Below, in pieces: positions 22,861-37,250 of a DNA stretch of 64,000 nucleotides. Every line of letters begins with the position of its first letter. Position 1 is the first letter of the stretch. The translations under genes and the position numbers were made by a program. The notes beneath the pieces were generated by a model. It searched no databases and was not told the origin of the DNA. It saw only the letters and a list, made by a program, of their open reading frames with translations. The stretch comes from Escherichia coli (GTDB lineage: Bacteria; Pseudomonadota; Gammaproteobacteria; Enterobacterales; Enterobacteriaceae). Location: the NCBI RefSeq assembly GCF_029227855.1, contig NZ_CP074356.1; one strand, given 5' to 3'.

Positions 22861-23437
22861 CGGCAAAGAAAAATACAAGCGGAATGTTTATAAAATGATG
22901 TTGGAATGTAAACAAAGAGAGGTAATGCCAGGGGATATAAACGATTATTCCAGGTACAAAGATGGGATTGTTTACAACGAGCCATGTGTTCTTGCCAGAT
23001 GCCGCGTAAACGCCTTATCCAGCCGACAAAACTGTCCAGACTCAATGCATCAGAGCTTCCATGTAAAACTGATAAGCGGGTGTATCAAGCAATTTCGTCC
23101 ATCCGCGATTATCAAATCTAACTTTTTGCCCGGAACATAATAACAGCTCGGGTGTTGGTGGCGTCAAAGTCGCTGAAGCGTTCCCCGAAGGCCGGGGCAG
23201 CCCACATGGATGTGGGCTGAGGGCGCGTCTTACAGGACATTACCTCGCGCCCGACCCGGTAGCCGAAGGGGATAAGCTGAAGGTACCGCGCAGCGGCGAT
23301 TTTGTTCGCCAGAGCCCGGGGTGCAGGGGGTGGCGGCGATTGGCCGCCCCCTGCACCATTCAATTTATATGGCGAGGCACATTAAGGGAGCGCAACCCGC
23401 TGCTGAAGCCAAACAAAACCGCCGCAGGCTAAGTCCC

Positions 23438-24946
<1,509 letters not shown>

Positions 24947-25129
24947 CTAAAGTCTCCAAAAAATTATTATCGGCAATGTCGAAACTTGCCGTTATATCTG
25001 CCACCGGAACGGGGTAGCAGAGTTTATGTTTTACCAGGGCGACCGTATCCTGCCGGAAGCGCTGGTTATTCACAATCGATTTAACACACCATTTACATTA
25101 AATTTTAGTGCTCAGCGACACTATTTTTC

Positions 25130-25350
25130 ATCAGGTTGCACTCTCTCACATTTTTTGCGGTTGCACCTTTCAAAAATGTTAACTGCCGCAGAGAAAAAGT
25201 CTGAGTTATTTTTTTAATCCCTGTCATATCGATTTCTTTTATTAACATTTCATTCATTTTTAAGCTTGCTACGCAGGTCACATTTAACATGGTTGCACAA
25301 AGTTGCAACATCATGGATATTTCACGATAACGTTAAGTTGCACCTTTCAG
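25130..25350. promoter_or_regulatory. put control region with multiple GTTGCA PutA operator motifs
   Basis: GTTGCA occurs at least five times (ggttgcactc, ggttgcacctttc, ggttgcacaaagttgcaacatc, agttgcacctttc) between divergent putP and putA. Confidence 0.8.
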
Positions 25351-25368
25351 AACAACAGGAGTAATGGC

Positions 25369-28300
25369 ATGGGAACCACCACCATGGGGGTTAAGCTGGA
25401 CGACGCGACGCGTGAGCGTATTAAGTCTGCCGCGACACGTATCGATCGCACGCCACACTGGTTAATTAAGCAGGCGATTTTTTCTTATCTTGAACAACTG
25501 GAAAACAGCGATACTCTTCCGGAGCTACCTGCGCTGCTTTCTGGCGCTGCCAATGAGAGCGATGAAGCACCCACTCCGGCAGAGGAACCACACCAGCCAT
25601 TCCTCGACTTTGCCGAGCAAATTTTGCCCCAGTCGGTTTCCCGCGCAGCTATCACCGCTGCCTATCGCCGCCCGGAAACCGAAGCGGTTTCTATGCTGCT
25701 GGAACAAGCCCGCCTGCCGCAGCCAGTTGCTGAACAGGCGCATAAACTGGCATATCAACTGGCCGATAAACTGCGTAATCAAAAAAATGCCAGTGGTCGC
25801 GCAGGTATGGTCCAGGGGTTATTGCAGGAGTTTTCGCTGTCATCGCAGGAAGGCGTGGCGCTGATGTGTCTGGCGGAAGCGTTGTTGCGTATTCCCGACA
25901 AAGCCACCCGTGATGCATTAATTCGCGACAAAATCAGCAACGGTAACTGGCAGTCACACATTGGTCGTAGCCCGTCCCTGTTTGTTAATGCCGCTACCTG
26001 GGGGCTGCTGTTTACCGGCAAACTGGTTTCCACCCATAACGAAGCCAGCCTCTCCCGCTCGCTGAACCGCATTATCGGTAAGAGCGGTGAACCGCTGATC
26101 CGCAAAGGTGTGGATATGGCGATGCGCCTGATGGGCGAGCAGTTCGTCACTGGCGAAACCATCGCGGAAGCGTTAGCCAATGCCCGCAAGCTGGAAGAGA
26201 AAGGTTTCCGTTACTCTTACGATATGCTGGGCGAAGCCGCGCTGACTGCCGCAGATGCACAGGCGTATATGGTTTCCTATCAGCAGGCGATTCACGCCAT
26301 TGGTAAAGCGTCCAATGGTCGTGGTATCTATGAAGGTCCGGGCATTTCAATCAAGCTGTCGGCGTTGCATCCGCGTTACAGTCGCGCCCAGTATGACCGG
26401 GTAATGGAAGAGCTTTACCCACGTCTGAAATCACTCACCCTGCTGGCGCGTCAGTACGATATTGGTATTAACATCGATGCCGAAGAGGCCGATCGTCTGG
26501 AGATCTCCCTCGATCTGCTGGAAAAACTCTGTTTCGAGCCGGAACTGGCAGGCTGGAACGGCATCGGTTTTGTTATTCAGGCTTATCAAAAACGCTGTCC
26601 GTTGGTGATTGATTACCTGATTGATCTCGCCACCCGCAGCCGTCGCCGTCTGATGATTCGCCTGGTGAAAGGCGCGTACTGGGATAGTGAAATCAAGCGC
26701 GCGCAGATGGACGGCCTTGAAGGTTATCCGGTTTATACCCGCAAGGTGTATACCGACGTTTCATATCTCGCCTGTGCGAAAAAGCTGCTGGCGGTGCCGA
26801 ATTTAATCTACCCGCAGTTCGCAACGCATAACGCCCATACGCTGGCGGCAATTTATCAACTGGCGGGTCAAAACTACTACCCGGGTCAGTACGAGTTCCA
26901 GTGCCTGCATGGTATGGGCGAGCCACTGTATGAGCAGGTCACCGGGAAAGTTGCCGACGGCAAACTTAACCGTCCATGTCGTATTTATGCTCCGGTCGGT
27001 ACCCATGAAACGCTGCTGGCGTATCTGGTGCGTCGCCTGCTGGAAAACGGTGCTAACACCTCGTTTGTTAACCGTATTGCTGACACCTCTTTGCCACTGG
27101 ATGAACTGGTTGCCGATCCGGTCACTGCTGTAGAAAAACTGGCGCAACAGGAAGGTCAAACTGGATTACCACATCCGAAAATTCCCCTGCCACGCGATCT
27201 TTACGGTCACGGGCGCGACAACTCGGCAGGGCTGGATCTCGCTAACGAACACCGTCTGGCCTCGCTCTCTTCTGCCCTGCTCAATAGTGCACTGCAAAAA
27301 TGGCAGGCCTTGCCAATGCTGGAACAACCGGTCACGGCTGGTGAGATGTCGCCCGTTATTAACCCGGCAGAGCCGAAAGATATTGTGGGCTATGTGCGCG
27401 AAGCCACGCCGAGTGAAGTAGAACAGGCGCTGGAAAGTGCGGTTAATAACGCGCCAATCTGGTTTGCCACGCCTCCGGCTGAACGCGCGGCGATTTTGCA
27501 TCGCGCTGCCGTGCTGATGGAAAGCCAGATGCAGCAACTGATTGGTATTCTGGTGCGTGAAGCCGGAAAAACCTTCAGTAACGCCATTGCCGAAGTGCGC
27601 GAAGCGGTCGATTTTCTCCACTACTACGCCGGACAGGTGCGGGATGATTTCGCTAACGAAACCCACCGTCCATTAGGGCCTGTGGTGTGTATCAGTCCGT
27701 GGAACTTCCCGCTGGCTATTTTCACCGGGCAGATCGCCGCCGCACTGGCGGCAGGTAACAGCGTGCTGGCAAAACCGGCAGAACAAACGCCGCTGATTGC
27801 CGCGCAAGGGATCGCCATTTTGCTGGAAGCGGGTGTACCGCCAGGCGTGGTGCAATTGCTGCCAGGTCGGGGGGAAACCGTGGGCGCGCAACTGACGGGT
27901 GATGATCGCGTGCACGGGGTGATGTTTACCGGATCAACCGAAGTCGCTACGTTACTGCAACGCAATATCGCCAGCCGCCTGGACGCTCAGGGTCGCCCTA
28001 TTCCGCTCATCGCTGAAACCGGCGGCATGAACGCGATGATTGTCGATTCTTCAGCACTGACCGAACAAGTCGTAATAGATGTGCTGGCCTCGGCGTTCGA
28101 CAGTGCAGGTCAGCGTTGTTCGGCACTGCGCGTGCTGTGCCTGCAAGATGAGATTGCCGACCACACGTTGAAAATGCTGCGCGGCGCAATGGCCGAATGC
28201 CGGATGGGTAATCCGGGTCGCCTGACCACCGATATCGGTCCGGTGATTGATAGCGAAGCGAAAGCCAATATCGAGCGTCATATTCAGACCATGCGTAGCA

Positions 28301-29331
28301 AAGGCCGTCCGGTGTTCCAGGCGGTGCGGGAAAACAGCGAAGATGCCCGTGAATGGCAAAGCGGCACCTTTGTCGCCCCGACGCTGATCGAACTGGATGA
28401 CTTTGCCGAATTGCAAAAAGAGGTCTTTGGTCCGGTGCTGCATGTGGTGCGTTACAACCGTAACCAGCTGCCGGAGCTGATCGAGCAGATTAACGCTTCC
28501 GGCTATGGTCTGACGCTTGGCGTTCATACGCGTATTGATGAAACCATCGCCCAGGTCACTGGCTCGGCCCATGTCGGTAACCTGTACGTTAACCGTAATA
28601 TGGTGGGCGCAGTGGTCGGGGTGCAGCCGTTCGGCGGCGAAGGGTTGTCCGGTACCGGGCCGAAAGCAGGCGGTCCGCTCTATCTCTACCGTCTGCTGGC
28701 GAATCGCCCGGAAAGTGCGCTGGCAGTGACGCTCGCGCGTCAGGATGCAGAGTATCCGGTCGATGCGCAGTTGAAAGCCGCATTGACTCAGCCGCTAAAT
28801 GCACTGCGGGAATGGGCGGCAAACCGTCCAGAATTGCAGGCGTTATGTACGCAATATGGCGAGCTGGCGCAGGCAGGAACACAGCGATTGCTGCCAGGGC
28901 CGACGGGTGAACGCAACACCTGGACGCTGCTGCCGCGCGAGCGCGTGTTGTGTATTGCGGATGATGAGCAGGATGCGCTGACTCAGCTCGCCGCCGTGCT
29001 GGCGGTGGGCAGCCAGGTGCTGTGGCCGGATGACGCGCTGCATCGTCAGTTAGTGAAGGCATTGCCATCGGCAGTCAGCGAACGTATTCAACTGGCGAAA
29101 GCGGAAAATATAACCGCTCAACCGTTTGATGCGGTGATCTTCCACGGTGATTCGGATCAGCTTCGCGCATTGTGTGAAGCCGTTGCCGCGCGGGATGGCG
29201 CAATTGTTTCGGTGCAAGGTTTTGCCCGTGGCGAAAACAATATCCTTCTGGAACGGCTGTATATCGAACGCTCGCTGAGTGTGAATACCGCTGCCGCTGG
29301 CGGTAACGCCAGTTTAATGACGATCGGTTAA
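25369..29331 (+). CDS. putA: Bifunctional proline dehydrogenase / P5C dehydrogenase and transcriptional repressor PutA
   Basis: ORF 25303..29331; start at MGTTTMGVKLDDATRERIKSAA (1320 aa); RHH DNA-binding N-terminus, PRODH and aldehyde dehydrogenase domains. Confidence 0.95.
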   Translation: MGTTTMGVKLDDATRERIKSAATRIDRTPHWLIKQAIFSYLEQLENSDTLPELPALLSGAANESDEAPTPAEEPHQPFLDFAEQILPQSVSRAAITAAYRRPETEAVSMLLEQARLPQPVAEQAHKLAYQLADKLRNQKNASGRAGMVQGLLQEFSLSSQEGVALMCLAEALLRIPDKATRDALIRDKISNGNWQSHIGRSPSLFVNAATWGLLFTGKLVSTHNEASLSRSLNRIIGKSGEPLIRKGVDMAMRLMGEQFVTGETIAEALANARKLEEKGFRYSYDMLGEAALTAADAQAYMVSYQQAIHAIGKASNGRGIYEGPGISIKLSALHPRYSRAQYDRVMEELYPRLKSLTLLARQYDIGINIDAEEADRLEISLDLLEKLCFEPELAGWNGIGFVIQAYQKRCPLVIDYLIDLATRSRRRLMIRLVKGAYWDSEIKRAQMDGLEGYPVYTRKVYTDVSYLACAKKLLAVPNLIYPQFATHNAHTLAAIYQLAGQNYYPGQYEFQCLHGMGEPLYEQVTGKVADGKLNRPCRIYAPVGTHETLLAYLVRRLLENGANTSFVNRIADTSLPLDELVADPVTAVEKLAQQEGQTGLPHPKIPLPRDLYGHGRDNSAGLDLANEHRLASLSSALLNSALQKWQALPMLEQPVTAGEMSPVINPAEPKDIVGYVREATPSEVEQALESAVNNAPIWFATPPAERAAILHRAAVLMESQMQQLIGILVREAGKTFSNAIAEVREAVDFLHYYAGQVRDDFANETHRPLGPVVCISPWNFPLAIFTGQIAAALAAGNSVLAKPAEQTPLIAAQGIAILLEAGVPPGVVQLLPGRGETVGAQLTGDDRVHGVMFTGSTEVATLLQRNIASRLDAQGRPIPLIAETGGMNAMIVDSSALTEQVVIDVLASAFDSAGQRCSALRVLCLQDEIADHTLKMLRGAMAECRMGNPGRLTTDIGPVIDSEAKANIERHIQTMRSKGRPVFQAVRENSEDAREWQSGTFVAPTLIELDDFAELQKEVFGPVLHVVRYNRNQLPELIEQINASGYGLTLGVHTRIDETIAQVTGSAHVGNLYVNRNMVGAVVGVQPFGGEGLSGTGPKAGGPLYLYRLLANRPESALAVTLARQDAEYPVDAQLKAALTQPLNALREWAANRPELQALCTQYGELAQAGTQRLLPGPTGERNTWTLLPRERVLCIADDEQDALTQLAAVLAVGSQVLWPDDALHRQLVKALPSAVSERIQLAKAENITAQPFDAVIFHGDSDQLRALCEAVAARDGAIVSVQGFARGENNILLERLYIERSLSVNTAAAGGNASLMTIG

Positions 29332-29335
29332 ACAG

Positions 29336-29370
29336 GTAGCCGGAGGATGTTACAACCTCCTCCGGCATCT
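29336..29370. terminator. Bidirectional hairpin between putA and rutR
   Basis: gtagccggaggatgttacaacctcctccggcatcttt. Confidence 0.65.
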
Positions 29371-30009
29371 TTAACGTGGTCGAATCCCCTCAATAATAAT
29401 CCGCTGCACGTTTTCAACCGTTTGATTGAAAAATACCTCATCGCGCAACGTCGCGCCTGTCACCGCCTCCACCTGAGGGGCGAAATCGGCGTAATGTTGA
29501 GTGGAAGCCCAAATCATAAAAATCAAATGCTGCGGGTCAATCGGCGCGAGTTTGCCGCTTTTTACCCAACCGGCAATCAGCGCCGATTTTTCATCAATTA
29601 ATGCCTTCAAATCGCCCGTCAGTTCATCCATTAACAGCGGCGCGCCTGCCAGCATCTCCATACAGAACAGGCGCGAAGCCTGCGGATAATCGCGTGAGAC
29701 TTCCAGCTTCAGACGGATGTACTCTTTGATCGCCGCCAGCGGGGCGAAATCTTCACGAAACGCTTTTAACGGTGCCAGCCAGATATCGAGAATCTGCCGC
29801 AGCACGGCAATATACAGCGCCTCTTTTGACGGAAAGTAATACAGCAGATTGGTTTTTGAAACACCCGCCAACTCTGCGATCTGCTCCAGCCTTGTGCCGT
29901 GAAAACCGAATTGTGAAAAAGTGTCCAGTGCTGCGCTAAGAATCGCTTTTTTCTTCGCGCTCACTGCGCGCGAACGTTTACCCGTTGTTTTCACTGCGCC
30001 TTGCGTCAT
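29371..30009 (-). CDS. rutR: TetR-family repressor of the rut operon, RutR
   Basis: ORF 29371..30036; start at MTQGAVKTTGKRS (212 aa); TetR-type N-terminal HTH. Confidence 0.9.
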   Translation of the reverse strand: MTQGAVKTTGKRSRAVSAKKKAILSAALDTFSQFGFHGTRLEQIAELAGVSKTNLLYYFPSKEALYIAVLRQILDIWLAPLKAFREDFAPLAAIKEYIRLKLEVSRDYPQASRLFCMEMLAGAPLLMDELTGDLKALIDEKSALIAGWVKSGKLAPIDPQHLIFMIWASTQHYADFAPQVEAVTGATLRDEVFFNQTVENVQRIIIEGIRPR

Positions 30010-30239
30010 GCGCTCTCCCCTCTTGTAGATTGGCAACAGGATAGCAAAACCCCTGCCCGGCCTCGACCTTCTGCACTTTCATCGCGCACGGATGCATGTT
30101 TTATGTGCAACTGTTTTGACCGTTTAGTCCACTTTTTTCCAGATATTTTAGATAACTTAACATTAACACATTAATAACATTCACTTTTTAAAAACTGGCA
30201 TCCGCTTTGCAAACAAACCATTACGCGGCTGAAAAGGAT

Positions 30240-32080
<1,841 letters not shown>

Positions 32081-32091
32081 GGAGTTTAACG

Positions 32092-32478
32092 ATGCCAAAA
32101 TCCGTAATTATTCCCGCTGGCAGCAGCGCACCGCTGGCCCCCTTCGTTCCCGGCACGCTGGCTGATGGCGTGGTGTATGTCTCCGGTACGCTGGCTTTTG
32201 ATCAACATAATAACGTGCTGTTTGCCGATGACCCAAAGGCGCAAACCCGCCACGTTCTGGAAACCATCCGCAAGGTGATCGAGACGGCGGGTGGCACGAT
32301 GGCGGATGTGACCTTCAACAGCATCTTTATTACCGACTGGAAAAATTACGCCGCGATTAACGAAATCTACGCCGAGTTTTTCCCGGGTGACAAACCGGCG
32401 CGATTCTGCATTCAGTGCGGACTGGTAAAACCTGACGCGCTGGTGGAAATCGCCACAATTGCGCATATCGCCAAGTGA
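32092..32478 (+). CDS. rutC: RidA/YjgF-family protein RutC
   Basis: 128 aa; gene order. Confidence 0.9.
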
Positions 32479-32485
32479 GGCCGCG

Positions 32486-33286
32486 ATGAAACTTTCACTC
32501 TCACCTCCCCCTTATGCTGATGCGCCCGTAGTGGTGTTGATTTCGGGTCTTGGCGGTAGCGGCAGTTACTGGTTACCGCAACTGGCGGTACTGGAGCAGG
32601 AGTATCAGGTAATCTGTTACGACCAGCGCGGCACCGGCAATAATCCCGACACGCTGGAAGAAGATTACAGTATCGCCCAGATGGCAGCGGAACTGCATCA
32701 GGCGCTGGTAGCCGCAGGGATTGAGCGTTACGCGGTGGTCGGCCATGCGCTCGGTGCACTGGTGGGAATGCAGCTGGCGCTGGACTATCCCGCGTCGGTA
32801 ACTATGCTGGTCAGCGTTAACGGCTGGCTACGAATAAACGCCCATACGCGCCGCTGTTTTCAGGTTCGCGAACGATTACTGTATAGCGGCGGCGCGCAGG
32901 CATGGGTGGAAGCTCAGCCATTGTTCCTCTATCCCGCCGACTGGATGGCGGCCCGCGCACCTCGCCTGGAAGCTGAAGACGCGCTGGCACTGGCGCATTT
33001 TCAGGGCAAAAATAATTTACTGCGTCGACTTAACGCCCTCAAACGCGCTGACTTTAGTCACCATGCGGATCGCATCCGCTGCCCGGTGCAAATCATCTGC
33101 GCCAGTGATGATCTGCTGGTGCCATCAGCATGTTCTAGTGAACTTCATGCCGCCCTGCCCGATAGCCAGAAAATGGTGATGCGCTATGGCGGACACGCCT
33201 GCAACGTGACCGATCCCGAAACGTTTAATGCTCTGTTACTCAACGGGCTTGCCAGCCTGTTACATCACCGTGAAGCCGCCCTGTAA
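32486..33286 (+). CDS. rutD: Alpha/beta-hydrolase RutD
   Basis: Start [14 protein letters not shown] (266 aa); ORF track start 32459 is an upstream alternative. Confidence 0.88.
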   Translation: MKLSLSPPPYADAPVVVLISGLGGSGSYWLPQLAVLEQEYQVICYDQRGTGNNPDTLEEDYSIAQMAAELHQALVAAGIERYAVVGHALGALVGMQLALDYPASVTMLVSVNGWLRINAHTRRCFQVRERLLYSGGAQAWVEAQPLFLYPADWMAARAPRLEAEDALALAHFQGKNNLLRRLNALKRADFSHHADRIRCPVQIICASDDLLVPSACSSELHAALPDSQKMVMRYGGHACNVTDPETFNALLLNGLASLLHHREAAL

Positions 33287-33295
33287 GGAATTGCT

Positions 33296-33886
33296 ATGAA
33301 CGAAGCCGTTAGCCCTGGTGCGCTTAGCACCCTGTTCACCGATGCCCGCACTCACAACGGCTGGCGGGAGACACCCGTCAGCGATGAGACATTACGGGAG
33401 ATTTATGCCCTGATGAAATGGGGGCCGACATCAGCTAACTGTTCTCCGGCACGGATCGTGTTTATCCGCACTGCAGAAGGAAAAGAACGTCTGCGCCCGG
33501 CGCTTTCCAGCGGCAATCTGCAAAAAACCCTAACCGCGCCCGTCACCGCTATCGTCGCCTGGGACAGTGAATTTTATGAACGGTTACCACAGCTGTTTCC
33601 TCACGGCGATGCCCGCAGTTGGTTTACCTCCAGCCCACAACTTGCCGAAGAAACAGCGTTTCGCAACAGTTCCATGCAGGCGGCCTATCTGATCGTCGCC
33701 TGCCGGGCGCTGGGGCTGGATACCGGCCCGATGTCCGGCTTTGACCGTCAACACGTGGACGACGCCTTTTTTACGGGCAGCACGCTGAAGAGCAATCTGC
33801 TGATTAATATCGGCTATGGCGATAGCAGCAAGCTTTATGCGCGCCTGCCACGTCTGTCCTTTGAGGAAGCCTGCGGGCTGTTGTAA
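33296..33886 (+). CDS. rutE: Nitroreductase-family malonic semialdehyde reductase RutE
   Basis: 196 aa; gene order. Confidence 0.9.
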   Translation: MNEAVSPGALSTLFTDARTHNGWRETPVSDETLREIYALMKWGPTSANCSPARIVFIRTAEGKERLRPALSSGNLQKTLTAPVTAIVAWDSEFYERLPQLFPHGDARSWFTSSPQLAEETAFRNSSMQAAYLIVACRALGLDTGPMSGFDRQHVDDAFFTGSTLKSNLLINIGYGDSSKLYARLPRLSFEEACGLL

Positions 33887-33896
33887 GGAGCAAACT

Positions 33897-34391
33897 ATGA
33901 ACATTGTCGATCAACAAACTTTTCGCGATGCGATGTCCTGCATGGGCGCGGCGGTCAATATCATCACCACGGACGGTCCAGCCGGGCGCGCCGGGTTCAC
34001 AGCCAGCGCCGTCTGCAGCGTGACCGATACGCCGCCCACATTACTGGTGTGCCTGAATCGTGGGGCGTCCGTCTGGCCGGTATTCAATGAAAATCGAACG
34101 CTGTGTGTAAATACACTTAGCGCCGGGCAGGAGCCGCTTTCAAACCTTTTTGGCGGCAAAACGCCCATGGAACACCGCTTTGCCGCCGCCCGCTGGCAGA
34201 CTGGTGTGACCGGATGCCCGCAACTGGAAGAGGCACTGGTTTCGTTTGACTGCCGTATCAGCCAGGTGGTGAGCGTCGGCACCCACGACATTCTATTTTG
34301 CGCCATCGAAGCGATTCATCGTCACGCCACCCCCTACGGGCTGGTGTGGTTTGATCGCAGTTATCACGCGCTGATGCGCCCTGCTTGTTAA
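33897..34391 (+). CDS. rutF: Flavin reductase RutF
   Basis: Start [14 protein letters not shown] (164 aa) within ORF 33816..34391. Confidence 0.88.
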
Positions 34392-34411
34392 CCTCCTTAA
34401 GGAGACAGCTG

Positions 34412-35740
34412 ATGGCAATGTTCGGTTTTCCTCACTGGCAGTTAAAATCGACCTCTACAGAGAGCGGCGTGGTCGCGCCGGATGAACGATTGCCGTTTGC
34501 TCAGACGGCAGTAATGGGCGTTCAACACGCGGTGGCGATGTTTGGCGCGACGGTGTTAATGCCTATTCTGATGGGGCTGGATCCCAATCTTTCCATTTTG
34601 ATGTCGGGGATCGGCACGTTACTGTTTTTCTTTATTACCGGCGGGCGCGTCCCCAGTTATCTCGGTTCCAGCGCGGCTTTTGTCGGCGTGGTGATTGCCG
34701 CGACGGGCTTTAACGGTCAGGGCATTAACCCGAATATCAGCATCGCGCTGGGCGGGATTATCGCCTGTGGGCTGGTTTATACCGTCATTGGCCTGGTGGT
34801 GATGAAAATCGGTACGCGCTGGATTGAACGACTGATGCCGCCAGTGGTGACGGGTGCGGTGGTGATGGCGATTGGCCTGAACTTAGCGCCTATCGCAGTG
34901 AAAAGTGTATCGGCTTCGGCCTTTGATAGCTGGATGGCGGTAATGACAGTGCTGTGTATTGGGCTAGTGGCGGTGTTTACCCGTGGCATGATCCAGCGAT
35001 TATTGATTCTCGTAGGATTAATTGTCGCCTGTCTGCTGTATGGCGTGATGACCAACGTTTTAGGGCTGGGAAAAGCCGTCGATTTTACTCTCGTCAGCCA
35101 TGCTGCCTGGTTCGGTTTGCCACATTTTTCCACTCCTGCTTTTAATGGTCAGGCAATGATGCTGATTGCGCCCGTGGCGGTGATTCTGGTGGCAGAAAAC
35201 TTAGGTCATCTCAAGGCGGTCGCCGGGATGACCGGACGCAATATGGATCCATATATGGGGCGGGCATTCGTGGGCGATGGGCTGGCAACGATGCTTTCCG
35301 GCTCTGTCGGCGGTAGCGGCGTGACCACCTATGCTGAAAATATCGGTGTGATGGCCGTGACAAAAGTCTACTCGACGCTGGTGTTTGTTGCTGCTGCCGT
35401 CATCGCCATGCTGTTGGGCTTTTCGCCGAAATTTGGCGCGCTGATTCATACCATTCCAGCACCGGTGATTGGTGGTGCATCAATTGTTGTGTTCGGGCTG
35501 ATTGCCGTCGCAGGCGCAAGGATCTGGGTACAAAACCGTGTCGATTTAAGCCAGAACGGTAATTTGATTATGGTCGCAGTAACCTTAGTGCTGGGCGCGG
35601 GTGATTTTGCTCTCACGCTGGGCGGTTTTACGTTGGGAGGGATCGGTACAGCAACCTTTGGCGCGATTTTACTCAATGCGTTGTTAAGCAGAAGGTTGGT
35701 TGACGTTCCACCGCCAGAAGTTGTTCATCAGGAGCCATAA
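34412..35740 (+). CDS. rutG: Pyrimidine permease RutG (NCS2 family)
   Basis: Start MAMFGFPHWQ (442 aa); polytopic membrane protein. Confidence 0.9.
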   Translation: MAMFGFPHWQLKSTSTESGVVAPDERLPFAQTAVMGVQHAVAMFGATVLMPILMGLDPNLSILMSGIGTLLFFFITGGRVPSYLGSSAAFVGVVIAATGFNGQGINPNISIALGGIIACGLVYTVIGLVVMKIGTRWIERLMPPVVTGAVVMAIGLNLAPIAVKSVSASAFDSWMAVMTVLCIGLVAVFTRGMIQRLLILVGLIVACLLYGVMTNVLGLGKAVDFTLVSHAAWFGLPHFSTPAFNGQAMMLIAPVAVILVAENLGHLKAVAGMTGRNMDPYMGRAFVGDGLATMLSGSVGGSGVTTYAENIGVMAVTKVYSTLVFVAAAVIAMLLGFSPKFGALIHTIPAPVIGGASIVVFGLIAVAGARIWVQNRVDLSQNGNLIMVAVTLVLGAGDFALTLGGFTLGGIGTATFGAILLNALLSRRLVDVPPPEVVHQEP

Positions 35741-35747
35741 ATAGAAA

Positions 35748-35780
35748 ACCGCCGGGGTAACCGGCGGTGATGACTTTTTG
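35748..35780 (+). terminator. Intrinsic terminator after rutG
   Basis: accgccggggtaaccggcggt followed by T-rich tract. Confidence 0.6.
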
Positions 35781-35822
35781 ACGAGCTTCAGACAAAAATG
35801 CATGCGTCATTGATTAGCCCGG

Positions 35823-35996
35823 CTAGTTGTCGCTTTTACCGTGACTGCTCTTGCCACCTTTTTTACCTGCTTCTGATGCGCGCTGCGGGTCATTCTTGAA
35901 ATTACCCCCGCTGTGCTGTCCACCTTTTTTACCTGCTTCTGATGCTCTTTCGCGGTCTTCTGCAAAATTGCCGGAACCGCCACGATGGTTTGCCAT
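35823..35996 (-). CDS. ymdF: KGG-repeat stress-induced small protein YmdF
   Basis: 57 aa starting MANHRGGSGNF with duplicated (Q/E)RASEAGKKGG motif. Confidence 0.85.
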   Translation of the reverse strand: MANHRGGSGNFAEDRERASEAGKKGGQHSGGNFKNDPQRASEAGKKGGKSSHGKSDN

Positions 35997-36350
35997 TACT
36001 GACCTCCGTCTGGGTATAGACATCATATTGCATAGAATTAACGCGGCGTATGGCGGCTGCCATATTTTCGCTACGTGGGACTAAGCTTAGTGAACTGACG
36101 CGGGCAGACCCGCATTTAGTAATATCCTGCAACAGCTTCTTAGCGAGAATAGATATCATCTCCAATAATTATCCATAAGCCGCTCTTATGATTAAAAAAA
36201 CGCGATGAGATAAAAATGTGTCATTTTGCGACAAAATTAAGTGCTTGTGAAAGTTGTTATAAATCAAATAAGTGGTTGTGAAATTTGCACTCTGAAAAGG
36301 ACGTCTTATCTTTAAATAAGTGGTAGCGAATCGCTACGGAATAGAGATAA

Positions 36351-36965
<615 letters not shown>

Positions 36966-36985
36966 TCTTCAACAGGAGGATACGC

Positions 36986-37213
36986 ATGCCAACTCAAGAA
37001 GCGAAAGCTCATCACGTCGGTGAATGGGCATCTCTGCGCAATACGTCGCCGGAAATAGCCGAGGCCATTTTCGAAGTCGCCGGGTACGACGAAAAAATGG
37101 CGGAAAAGATTTGGGAAGAAGGTAGCGATGAAGTGTTAGTCAAAGCCTTTGCTAAGACCGATAAAGATTCGCTTTTTTGGGGCGAACAGACCATCGAACG
37201 TAAAAACGTTTAA
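36986..37213 (+). CDS. yccJ: Small protein YccJ
   Basis: 75 aa immediately downstream of wrbA. Confidence 0.85.
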
Positions 37214-37218
37214 TACGC

Positions 37219-37248
37219 GACTCCCCCGCTTCTCGCGGGGGAGTTTTC
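37219..37248. terminator. Bidirectional terminator between yccJ and agp
   Basis: gactcccccgcttctcgcgggggagtttt. Confidence 0.8.
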
Positions 37249-37250
37249 TG

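Noticed and set aside
28051-28572. 173-aa ORF on the - strand, and several other 60-170-aa ORFs inside putA
   Set aside because: All fall within the continuous 1320-aa PutA frame on the opposite strand or in alternative frames; no independent support.
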